NCBI GenBank assembly: GCA_964610025.1
Contig: CAZSTX010000001.1
Location: forward strand, 117,209-181,208
DNA from: an uncultured Lentimicrobiaceae bacterium
GTDB taxonomy: Bacteria > Bacteroidota > Bacteroidia > Bacteroidales > WCHB1-69
Reading direction: 5' to 3'
DNA length: 64,000 nucleotides
This document shows positions 44,841 to 53,297 of the stretch, one piece after another. Numbering within the stretch: position 1 is the stretch's first letter; every line of letters begins with the position of its first letter. A model generated the notes under the pieces. The model searched no databases, was not told the DNA's origin, and saw only the letters and a program-made list of their open reading frames with translations. A program made the translations under genes and the position numbers.

Positions 44841-46130
44841 ATGAGTAATATAAATATAAGTACATATCAATTTGCTGCTATTTCAACTGCTATTTGGGGG
44901 TTTACTTCTATGAATCCATTTTATTTATGGTTTTCCTTAGCTACTTTCTTATATTTAATACCATTTACTTTAGTAGTTATTTCAACTATATTTTTGATTA
45001 GATATAATAATTTAGTAATCAGTAAGGAACGATTAGTTTTTGCTATTTCTACTTTATTTTTCGTTTTAATATTGATGCTACATGCAGGATTTGTTAAAAT
45101 GGGTGTAATATTATTGAAATACTTGCCTTTATTACTGCTTATTTTTTATCCTAATAAAGTGTTATATACTACATTTAGATATTTTAAAATCATTATTTTA
45201 TTTTTTGCTTTTTTTTCTATTTTGATTTTCATTACTTTATTGTTAAATCTTAATGATTCTATCCCTTATATTGAAATAGAAGGCATGTCGAATATACATC
45301 GTATTTCGGGTGTAAACCTACACATACATGGCTTTATTGTCAGTATTTTTAACACCAACACTTCTGAATATTTGTTAAGGGCCTGTGGTCCATTACAAGA
45401 ACCAGGTCATTTTGCTATTGTCATTGGAATAGTAATGTTTATAGACCGTATGTTAGCCAATAGAATAAATTTTATCTTATTGATATGTGGTATTTTAACT
45501 TTTTCTCCCGCCTTTGTTATTATATTTGTTATAAGCGAAATTTATCATTTTGTAATGAATAGGAAAAATAAACAAATTAAAACAACTAAAAGAAATAATA
45601 AAATAAAAATTGCAAGTGCTTCTATAGCTATTGTTTTAATAACTTCAATTATAGTTTTAAATCATAATTTAAGAGAAAAAGTATGGTATATGCTTTATGA
45701 ACGAAATCTAGAAAAAACATTATCCACTTTATTTGTTGAAAAATCGGTAGAAGAAGGATTAAATGAAAGAATTAATAGTTCTGGAATGGCTTATTTTGAA
45801 CAATTTAAAACATCTCCTAAAATATGGTTTGGCGACGAAAATTGGGAAAGTGGAGGAGTGGTATTGTCTGATTATCGGGGGATGCTTGCTAGGATTGGCA
45901 TTGTAGGATTATTTTTCTCTTTAATATCTTCGATATCATCATTATTACGTGCAAGCATTAAACAGTCTGCCTTTATACTTCCTATTATTGCAATCATTTA
46001 TCTGCATAGAGCATGGATGTTTTTATCGCCTTATATCGTATTCTTATTTTTTATTGCTATTGGTGCTTGTATTTATAAATTTAATAAAAAAGAAGAAAAT
46101 AAAGAGTTATTAGTCAATGAAAATACTTGA
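44841..46130 (+). CDS. polytopic membrane protein, O-antigen polymerase (Wzy)-like
   Basis: 429 aa with at least 10 predicted TM segments and one large loop. Position next to the flippase. No diagnostic motif. Confidence 0.45.
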   Translation: MSNINISTYQFAAISTAIWGFTSMNPFYLWFSLATFLYLIPFTLVVISTIFLIRYNNLVISKERLVFAISTLFFVLILMLHAGFVKMGVILLKYLPLLLLIFYPNKVLYTTFRYFKIIILFFAFFSILIFITLLLNLNDSIPYIEIEGMSNIHRISGVNLHIHGFIVSIFNTNTSEYLLRACGPLQEPGHFAIVIGIVMFIDRMLANRINFILLICGILTFSPAFVIIFVISEIYHFVMNRKNKQIKTTKRNNKIKIASASIAIVLITSIIVLNHNLREKVWYMLYERNLEKTLSTLFVEKSVEEGLNERINSSGMAYFEQFKTSPKIWFGDENWESGGVVLSDYRGMLARIGIVGLFFSLISSISSLLRASIKQSAFILPIIAIIYLHRAWMFLSPYIVFLFFIAIGACIYKFNKKEENKELLVNENT

Positions 46131-47577
46131 TAATATAAAACATATATTCACAAATAAAGTCGTATTATATCTTTTTACAAGATATTTTACTTTCTTTTTG
46201 CAATTTGTAAGTTCATTGTATATAGCGATAAAATTAGGTCCTTATTATTTTGGAGTATGGGGATTTATTCTTATGTTAATCAATTATTTTCAAATAATTA
46301 ATTTAGGAATTCCTTATTCTTCTACCGTTTTGTTAGTGCAACATAAAAATGATAAGGAAAAATCGCTCAATTTTGAAAAATCATCTTTTTCCCTTGTTAT
46401 AATTTTAGATGTTTTTATTTTGTTATTAGCCATTTATTATTACTTTTTTGGTATTGCAGCATTTGAAAAATACGAAATAGGCAATTTGTTTTACCTTGTG
46501 TGTTTCATTGCAATAATTTCTCATTTCAATTATTTATTTACAAGCATTTTTAGAGTCAAAAAGAAATTGTTTGAAGTTGCTTTTTTTCAATCTTCGATAG
46601 TGTTGCTTGTATTTATAGCTATGTTTTTTTCTCATTCAAAATCACTTTTATTTTTATTGTTAATAGCTTATATATTAGCTCATATATTGTCTCTTATTGT
46701 TTTTATAAAAGGAAAACAATGTAGTTTTAAAGGAAAAATAACATTAATGGATATGCAAATTGTCTTGAAAAAAGGCTTACTGTTGTTTGTTTATAATTTT
46801 TGTTTTTTTATGATAATTCTTTCTACTAGAACTATTGTTAGTGCTTACTACCCAGTAGATAAATTCGGTTTTTTTGTCTTTGCCTACACGCTTTCTCATG
46901 CAATATTATTATTGTTAGAAGCTTTTTCTTACCTTATTTTTCCAAAAGTAATAGACAAATTTAATGATAGCGATGAAGTGAAAATTAATGCTACCATTCA
47001 GATGTTAAGAATTAATTATGTGTCGTTAGCTCATGGGTTAATGTATTTTGCTCTCATTTTCTTCCCTATTTTATTGTATTTTATGCCAAAATACGAAGAA
47101 GCACTATTAATTATTAATCTAATGGCTTTAACCTTATTACTTTATTCCAATTCGTATGGATACAACTCTTTATTAATGGCACGTAATCGCGAAAAAATAA
47201 TTGCATTAAATTCAGCATTTGTTTTGGGGTTAAACATTGCAATAGCATTGATTTTAGTACTATTATTTAAAATTAGCTACGAATATGTTGCTATAGCTAC
47301 TATGTTGAGTTATTTTGTATATGCTTATTTATGTGTTTATTTTGGAAAAAAAGAATTAAAACAATCGACAAATATATTTATCATCTTTGAAGAATCATTT
47401 CCATTACGTCTTTTATTGCCATTTTTAGTTGCTTTACTAATAACTCTAACACATAATAAATATTTATTATTTTTACCTTTTATAATTTATCTATTATTTA
47501 ACCAAACAACAATTAAAGGTATCTATCTGTCGTTTAAAAAAGTTTTAACCAATTCAAATATAATTGATGTCGAATAA
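46117..47577 (+). CDS. oligosaccharide flippase (Wzx / MOP superfamily)-like
   Basis: 486 aa with about 12-14 TM segments, in polysaccharide-locus context. Confidence 0.55.
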   Translation: MKILDNIKHIFTNKVVLYLFTRYFTFFLQFVSSLYIAIKLGPYYFGVWGFILMLINYFQIINLGIPYSSTVLLVQHKNDKEKSLNFEKSSFSLVIILDVFILLLAIYYYFFGIAAFEKYEIGNLFYLVCFIAIISHFNYLFTSIFRVKKKLFEVAFFQSSIVLLVFIAMFFSHSKSLLFLLLIAYILAHILSLIVFIKGKQCSFKGKITLMDMQIVLKKGLLLFVYNFCFFMIILSTRTIVSAYYPVDKFGFFVFAYTLSHAILLLLEAFSYLIFPKVIDKFNDSDEVKINATIQMLRINYVSLAHGLMYFALIFFPILLYFMPKYEEALLIINLMALTLLLYSNSYGYNSLLMARNREKIIALNSAFVLGLNIAIALILVLLFKISYEYVAIATMLSYFVYAYLCVYFGKKELKQSTNIFIIFEESFPLRLLLPFLVALLITLTHNKYLLFLPFIIYLLFNQTTIKGIYLSFKKVLTNSNIIDVE

Positions 47578-47585
47578 AAAATATT

Positions 47586-48437
47586 ATGAAAAAAATATGT
47601 AAATCAATATATGCATTTAATTATTTGCTTTTTAACACTTTGGTATCTATACTATCTGCAATTTTATTCAGTTCTTTATCTAAAGCAAATAAAATAAAAA
47701 AAATAGCTAAAAATAATCAAGTAAGCACTTGCTGTATTCTTGCCAATGGACCTTCATTACGCACAGTATTAGAAGAAAATCATTCGCAATTTTTAAATCA
47801 GGATTTGTTTGTAGTTAATTTTTTTGTAAATTCTGATTATTTTCAAATATTAAAACCAAAGTATTATGTGATAACAGACACTATCTTTTTCAAAGAAAAT
47901 TATAGTGTAAATATTGCCAAACTACTCGAAGCCTTAAAAAATGTTGATTGGCATATTATTTTATGGATACCAACAGGAAGAGATAAAGCTCGATTTGTTA
48001 GAGAAGTAAAAATCAATAAATTTATAGAAATCATGCACTATAATATGACGCCTATAAGAGCTTACAAACCAATAGAATACTTTATGTACAAACATAATCT
48101 TGGAATGCCTGTCCCACATAATGTATCTAATACATGTATATTTTTAAGTCTTAATTTAAAATATAAAAACATAAAATTATACGGCGTGGATCATTCATGG
48201 CTCAAAACACTCTATGTTAATGATAAAAACCTTGTTTGTTTTGAAGATAGCCATTTTTATAACAATAAAACTCTTAGTAGAGAAGGCGATATTGGGACTT
48301 TGAGTTTTATATTATCTATGTACGCCATGACTTTTGATACGCATCTGCGTTTGCAAGATTATGCCGAACATTTGAATGTGGAAATTATAAATTACACGAA
48401 AGGATCTTATATTGATGCTTATAAGCGTGCTAAATAA
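47586..48437 (+). CDS. putative CMP-nonulosonate-dependent glycosyltransferase (sialyltransferase/DUF115-like)
   Basis: 283 aa. CCILANGPSL, FVVNFF and SNTCIFLSLNLKYKNIKLYGVDHS parallel GNGPSL, FRCNQF and SGxxMCxxAxxLGYKxIYLxGxD of Cst-II-type enzymes, from memory. Confidence 0.35.
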   Translation: MKKICKSIYAFNYLLFNTLVSILSAILFSSLSKANKIKKIAKNNQVSTCCILANGPSLRTVLEENHSQFLNQDLFVVNFFVNSDYFQILKPKYYVITDTIFFKENYSVNIAKLLEALKNVDWHIILWIPTGRDKARFVREVKINKFIEIMHYNMTPIRAYKPIEYFMYKHNLGMPVPHNVSNTCIFLSLNLKYKNIKLYGVDHSWLKTLYVNDKNLVCFEDSHFYNNKTLSREGDIGTLSFILSMYAMTFDTHLRLQDYAEHLNVEIINYTKGSYIDAYKRAK

Positions 48438-48451
48438 CATATAAATTAAAA

Positions 48452-49660
48452 ATGAAAAAAAGGATTTTGTTGGTAACGCAATATTTTTATCCCGAAAATT
48501 TCAAAAGTAACGATATTGCTTTTGATATGAGTAAAAGAGGATATGATGTGCATGTATTGACAGGAATACCTAATTATCCTTTAGGTAAATATTATAAAAA
48601 TTATTCTTTATTTAAACGTAGAAAAGAAATAATAAATGGCGTTCACATTTGCCGTGCTGCTTTAATTCCTCGCGGAAAAGGAGGTGGATTTCGTTTATTA
48701 CTTAATTATACATCTTGGGCATTTTTTGCTTCTTTTAGAGCTTTGTTTTTAGCCTTTATTCATCGTTATGACATTATAATTGTTCATGAACCATCACCTA
48801 TAACACAAGGAATACCTGCAATTATTGTAAAAAAAATACAGAAAATACCACTTTATTTTTGGGTTATGGATTTATGGCCAGAAAGTCTAATATCGGCAGG
48901 TGGAATCAAAAATAAATGGATTTTAAATACTATTAATAGATTGGTTAAGTGGATATATAAAAATTCAGATAAACTTTTAATTACTTCTTTAGGATTTAAA
49001 AAGCCAATTTTATCGAAAGGAAATTTTGAAGATAAAATAGTTTATTTTCCCAATTGGGGAGAAGATGTTTTCTTGAATAAAAACGATATAAAAACACCTT
49101 CACTACCGCAAGGATTTATCGTTATGTTTGCAGGAAATATTGGTGAGGCACAAGATTTTAACTCCATTCTTCAAGCTGCTTTATTACTAAAAGAAAATAA
49201 AAATATACATTGGGTTATTCTTGGTGATGGACGAAAAAAAGCATATGCAGAAGCATTTATTAAGAAAAATAATTTAGCTACAACAATGCACTTAATGGGA
49301 AAATATCCTTTAGAAACTATGCCTAATTTTTTCGATAAAGCAGATGTGATGCTCGTTTCTTTAAAAGATGAATTAGTGTTTAATTTAACAGTTCCAGCTA
49401 AAATACAAGCTTATATGGCATCTAAAAAACCTATTGTTGCTATGCTCAATGGCGAAGGGCAGCAAATAATACGTGACGCTGATTGTGGTTTTTCAGTTCC
49501 GGCAAGCGATTATCACGCTTTGGGCAAATTAATAAAAGAAATTAGTAAAATAGATAAAAATATATTAAAAGAAAAAGGAGAAAATGGATATGCTTATTAT
49601 CAGCTAAATTATACTAAAACTAAATGCTTAGATAACTTATGTAAACTTATTGAAAATTAA
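48452..49660 (+). CDS. glycosyltransferase family 4 (WcaI-like)
   Basis: 402 aa. GT-B fold, N-terminal ILLVTQYFYPE, and a C-terminal EGQ motif region. Confidence 0.75.
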   Translation: MKKRILLVTQYFYPENFKSNDIAFDMSKRGYDVHVLTGIPNYPLGKYYKNYSLFKRRKEIINGVHICRAALIPRGKGGGFRLLLNYTSWAFFASFRALFLAFIHRYDIIIVHEPSPITQGIPAIIVKKIQKIPLYFWVMDLWPESLISAGGIKNKWILNTINRLVKWIYKNSDKLLITSLGFKKPILSKGNFEDKIVYFPNWGEDVFLNKNDIKTPSLPQGFIVMFAGNIGEAQDFNSILQAALLLKENKNIHWVILGDGRKKAYAEAFIKKNNLATTMHLMGKYPLETMPNFFDKADVMLVSLKDELVFNLTVPAKIQAYMASKKPIVAMLNGEGQQIIRDADCGFSVPASDYHALGKLIKEISKIDKNILKEKGENGYAYYQLNYTKTKCLDNLCKLIEN

Positions 49661-49664
49661 CAAA

Positions 49665-50594
49665 ATGAATATATTAATAACAGGCATACACGGATTTGTT
49701 GGGAGCAATCTTGTTGATGTGTTGAAAGAAAAGCATAAAATCTATGGATTGGATATTATAGCACCTTCAAAAATTGGTGTTATTCATACTTATACATGGG
49801 AAAAATTCGATGAGTTTCCAAATATAGATGCAATTATTCATTTGGCGGGGAAAGCCCATGATACAAAAAATCAGACTGATGCAAAAACTTATTTTGATAT
49901 AAATACAGACTTAACGCAAAAAATATACGATTGGTTTCTGGAGTCGAACACAAAGAAATTTATATTTTTCAGTTCGGTAAAAGCAGTAGCGGATATTGTG
50001 GAAGGAGATGTGTTAACAGAAAATGTAACTCCAAAACCTATAGGTCCTTATGGAGAAAGCAAACAAAAAGCAGAAGAATATATTTTAAATAATATAAAAG
50101 GAGATAAAGCTATATTTATTCTGCGACCTTCTATGATACACGGTCCTGGAAATAAAGGAAATTTAAATCTTTTATATCAAATCGTAAAAAAGAAAATTCC
50201 ATGGCCTTTAGGAATTTATGATAACTTGCGTAGTTTTACTTCTATCAAAAATTTAACTTATATCATTCAGCGAATACTAAACGAAAATATAAAAGATGGC
50301 ATTTACAACATCGCTGATGATGAACCTATTGCTACCAATGATATTATAAAAATAATATCGGAAGTTGCTGATAGAAAAACACATATTTGGAATATTCCTA
50401 AGTTTTTAATAAAAACAATTGCTTGTTTAGGCGACTATTTACATCTTCCTCTAAACAACGAAAGATTAAATAAACTTACTGAAAATTATGTTGTATCGAA
50501 TGAAAAAATAAAAAAAGCTCTTAATATAACATCTTTGCCTGTCGATGTCAAAGAAGGATTAAAAATAACAATTCAAAATTTTATATCAAATTAA
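49665..50594 (+). CDS. NAD-dependent epimerase/dehydratase family protein
   Basis: ATG at 49665 (MNILITGIHGFVGSNL) preferred over the TTG at 49650. Catalytic YGESK. Confidence 0.7.
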   Translation: MNILITGIHGFVGSNLVDVLKEKHKIYGLDIIAPSKIGVIHTYTWEKFDEFPNIDAIIHLAGKAHDTKNQTDAKTYFDINTDLTQKIYDWFLESNTKKFIFFSSVKAVADIVEGDVLTENVTPKPIGPYGESKQKAEEYILNNIKGDKAIFILRPSMIHGPGNKGNLNLLYQIVKKKIPWPLGIYDNLRSFTSIKNLTYIIQRILNENIKDGIYNIADDEPIATNDIIKIISEVADRKTHIWNIPKFLIKTIACLGDYLHLPLNNERLNKLTENYVVSNEKIKKALNITSLPVDVKEGLKITIQNFISN

Positions 50595-50595
50595 C

Positions 50596-51585
50596 GTGAA
50601 ATATATATTAATATTTTTTATTTTATTAATAACTGAATTGCTTTACTTTAAGATAGCAAATACATTCAATATTATTGATAAACCCAACCAGAGAAGTTCA
50701 CATTCTCATATTACTTTATTAGGGGGAGGAATTATTTTTGTAATCAGTATGTGGTTATATGCTATTTTTTTTAATCAAGTATATGTTTATTTTTTACTAG
50801 GTTTAACACTGATAGCTATAGTAAGTTTTATCGATGATATACATTCATTATTAAAAGTTTATCGTTTACTTTTTCACTTCTTAGCAATAATTTTAATGTA
50901 TTTACAGTGGACGCTACCCGCTGAATTATGGTGGATAGTTATTCCCGTATCAATCATCGCTATAGGATTTATGAATGTTTATAATTTTATGGACGGCATC
51001 AATGGTATTACTGCTGCTTATAGTATAGCTGTATTGCTTCCTTTAATATATCTCAATGATTCTATTGGTTTTATAGATAAAAATTATTTTATTGTTATTC
51101 TATTTGCTGTCTTAATTTTTTCTTTTTTTAATTTTAGAACAAAAGCCAAATGTTTTGCAGGTGATATAGGTTCTTTTAGTATGGCTTTCATTCTATTATT
51201 TGCAATGGGAAATCTAATGATTAAATCCCAATATTATTGGACTTTTATCTTTTTTGCAGTTTATGGAGTAGACAGTGTATTAACAATTATTCATCGAATT
51301 TATTTAAAAGAAAACATTACTGCTGCCCATCGAAAGCATGTGTATCAAATAATGGCTAATGAGTTAAAAATAAAGCATATTTACGTAAGTTTAATCTATA
51401 TGCTATTACAATTAATGATATCATTTGGGGCAATTTTTAGCTCATCAAAATATGTATATGCAATAGTTGTTTTGTTTTTATTGAGTATTGTTTATATTAT
51501 TTTTATGAAAAAAAATTACCATTTACATAGAATTTATTTATTAGAGAACAAAAAAAATGAAACTATTAAGAACACAACAACATAA
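50596..51585 (+). CDS. polyprenyl-phosphate HexNAc-1-phosphate transferase (MraY/WecA/WbpL family)
   Basis: 329 aa with a GTG start, multi-TM. IDDIHSL and NVYNFMDGINGIT motifs. Confidence 0.75.
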   Translation: MKYILIFFILLITELLYFKIANTFNIIDKPNQRSSHSHITLLGGGIIFVISMWLYAIFFNQVYVYFLLGLTLIAIVSFIDDIHSLLKVYRLLFHFLAIILMYLQWTLPAELWWIVIPVSIIAIGFMNVYNFMDGINGITAAYSIAVLLPLIYLNDSIGFIDKNYFIVILFAVLIFSFFNFRTKAKCFAGDIGSFSMAFILLFAMGNLMIKSQYYWTFIFFAVYGVDSVLTIIHRIYLKENITAAHRKHVYQIMANELKIKHIYVSLIYMLLQLMISFGAIFSSSKYVYAIVVLFLLSIVYIIFMKKNYHLHRIYLLENKKNETIKNTTT

Positions 51586-52570
51586 TATTTTAATTATTTC
51601 TTTATTATTATTAGCTTTTGAAGTTCAAGCTCAGCATATAAAGACAAAAAGAATTTGGAAAGAAGCACCACATTCCGCATTTACAAGTCTCATTTTTTTT
51701 GATGGTAATTATTACTGTGCATTCAGAGAAGCTAATACACATGTAGACAAAAATGGAAACGATAATGGCGTGATTCGTATTTTGAAATCGGCAAACACAA
51801 AAAAATGGAAAACTTTCGATTTGGTTCAAAAAGAAGGATTCGATTTAAGAGACCCTATGCTTTCTATAACTCCCGAAGGAAAAATAATGTTGTTAATGGG
51901 TGCATCTGTGCACAAAAATAATATAACTACTTCTATTTGTTCACATATAGCCTTTGCATCGCCGAATAGTATTTTCGATTTTCCCCAGCCTATTACAACC
52001 GATTACGAAGCAAATAGGAAATGGCTTTGGAAAATAATTTGGTATAAAAACATAGCCTATGGATTTGTGTATGGCGATAGTTTCCGCTTGTTATCGTCAT
52101 TAGATGGGGTACACTATCAAACGGTAAAAGAATTTGATATACAAGGATCACCTAACGAAACAGACCTTTGTTTTGAAAAAAATGGACAATTGACAGCCAT
52201 GATTCGTAGAGCTAAAAATTACCAAGGATTGACCGCTATTAGCGAAGCACCTTATAAGGATTGGCAATTTAAAGAGTGTGGCTATGAATTAGGTGGACCT
52301 GATATAATTCTCATTGAAAATGGGAAAAAATTAATTACCTCACGATTTATATCAACAAAAGGCAATAAAACAGTTTTGTTTGAATTGAAAAAAGACAATC
52401 TTTTATATCCTATTTTGACGCTTCCCAGCGGAGGCGATTGTTCTTATGCCGATGCCATTTTACAATCCGACACATTATATATATCGTATTATTCTAACCA
52501 TATTATAAAAGCATCTATTTATTTAGCGACTATACCTAAAAAAATATGGAATAAAATTAATGAAAAATAA
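51557..52570 (+). CDS. secreted sialidase-like beta-propeller protein
   Basis: 337 aa with a signal peptide. HSAFTSLIFFDGNYYCAFREANTHV ... IRILKS ... DLRDPMLSITPEGKIMLLMG resembles the Bacteroidota family annotated as exo-alpha-sialidase. From memory only. Confidence 0.4.
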   Translation: MKLLRTQQHNILIISLLLLAFEVQAQHIKTKRIWKEAPHSAFTSLIFFDGNYYCAFREANTHVDKNGNDNGVIRILKSANTKKWKTFDLVQKEGFDLRDPMLSITPEGKIMLLMGASVHKNNITTSICSHIAFASPNSIFDFPQPITTDYEANRKWLWKIIWYKNIAYGFVYGDSFRLLSSLDGVHYQTVKEFDIQGSPNETDLCFEKNGQLTAMIRRAKNYQGLTAISEAPYKDWQFKECGYELGGPDIILIENGKKLITSRFISTKGNKTVLFELKKDNLLYPILTLPSGGDCSYADAILQSDTLYISYYSNHIIKASIYLATIPKKIWNKINEK

Positions 52571-52582
52571 AAGACACTAATT

Positions 52583-53275
52583 ATGAAAATAATAGCAGCA
52601 ATATTAGCAGGTGGAGTAGGGAAGAGATTAAAAAACGAATTGCCTAAACAATTCATGTTATTAGCCGGAAAACCTATTTTAAATTATTCTTTAGAAGCAT
52701 TTCAAGCACATGCAGCAATAGATGAAATAGTACTCGTACTCCCAACTGATTATATTGATAAAGGAGAAACATATAAAAAAAAGTTTTCTAAACTTATACA
52801 TATTGTAGAAGGAGGAGCGGAGCGTTACCTTTCTACTCTTGCTGTATTAAATAAATATGAAAAAAACAATGAGAATTACATTCTTTTACACGATGCAGCA
52901 CGTCCTATGTTAACATCAACAATGATTGAGAAAATTATCAATGCTTTAAAAGATTACAATGCTGCCACTATCGCTATAAAAACTACCGATACTATTATTC
53001 AATCATACAATCATCTTACTATTAATGCTGTCTTTGACCGTACTACACTTTATAACATACAAACACCTCAAGCTTTTAAAATCTCTCTTTTAAAACAAGC
53101 GTATCAAATAGCATTAAAAGACCTTTCTTTTCCTCTTACAGACGATACAGCTGTCATATTTAATTATCTGCCTAATGAAAAAATTGCTATTATTGAAGGA
53201 AATGCAAATCACATTAAAATAACTTATAAAGAAGATATTGCATTATTAGAACAATATATAGAAAAAAAAATGTAA
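52583..53275 (+). CDS. ispD: 2-C-methyl-D-erythritol 4-phosphate cytidylyltransferase family protein
   Basis: 230 aa. AAILAGGVGKRL ... PKQFMLLAGKPIL and HDAARP motifs. A sugar-alcohol-phosphate cytidylyltransferase cannot be excluded. Confidence 0.6.
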   Translation: MKIIAAILAGGVGKRLKNELPKQFMLLAGKPILNYSLEAFQAHAAIDEIVLVLPTDYIDKGETYKKKFSKLIHIVEGGAERYLSTLAVLNKYEKNNENYILLHDAARPMLTSTMIEKIINALKDYNAATIAIKTTDTIIQSYNHLTINAVFDRTTLYNIQTPQAFKISLLKQAYQIALKDLSFPLTDDTAVIFNYLPNEKIAIIEGNANHIKITYKEDIALLEQYIEKKM

Positions 53276-53297
53276 CGACACTATAAATAAAAATACC

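Noticed and set aside
52583-53275. The IspD-like gene as a ribitol- or glycerol-phosphate cytidylyltransferase belonging to the polysaccharide locus
   Set aside because: No partner reductase (TarJ-like) or CDP-alcohol transferase is adjacent. The motifs fit housekeeping IspD equally well, so I kept it as IspD family with moderate confidence.
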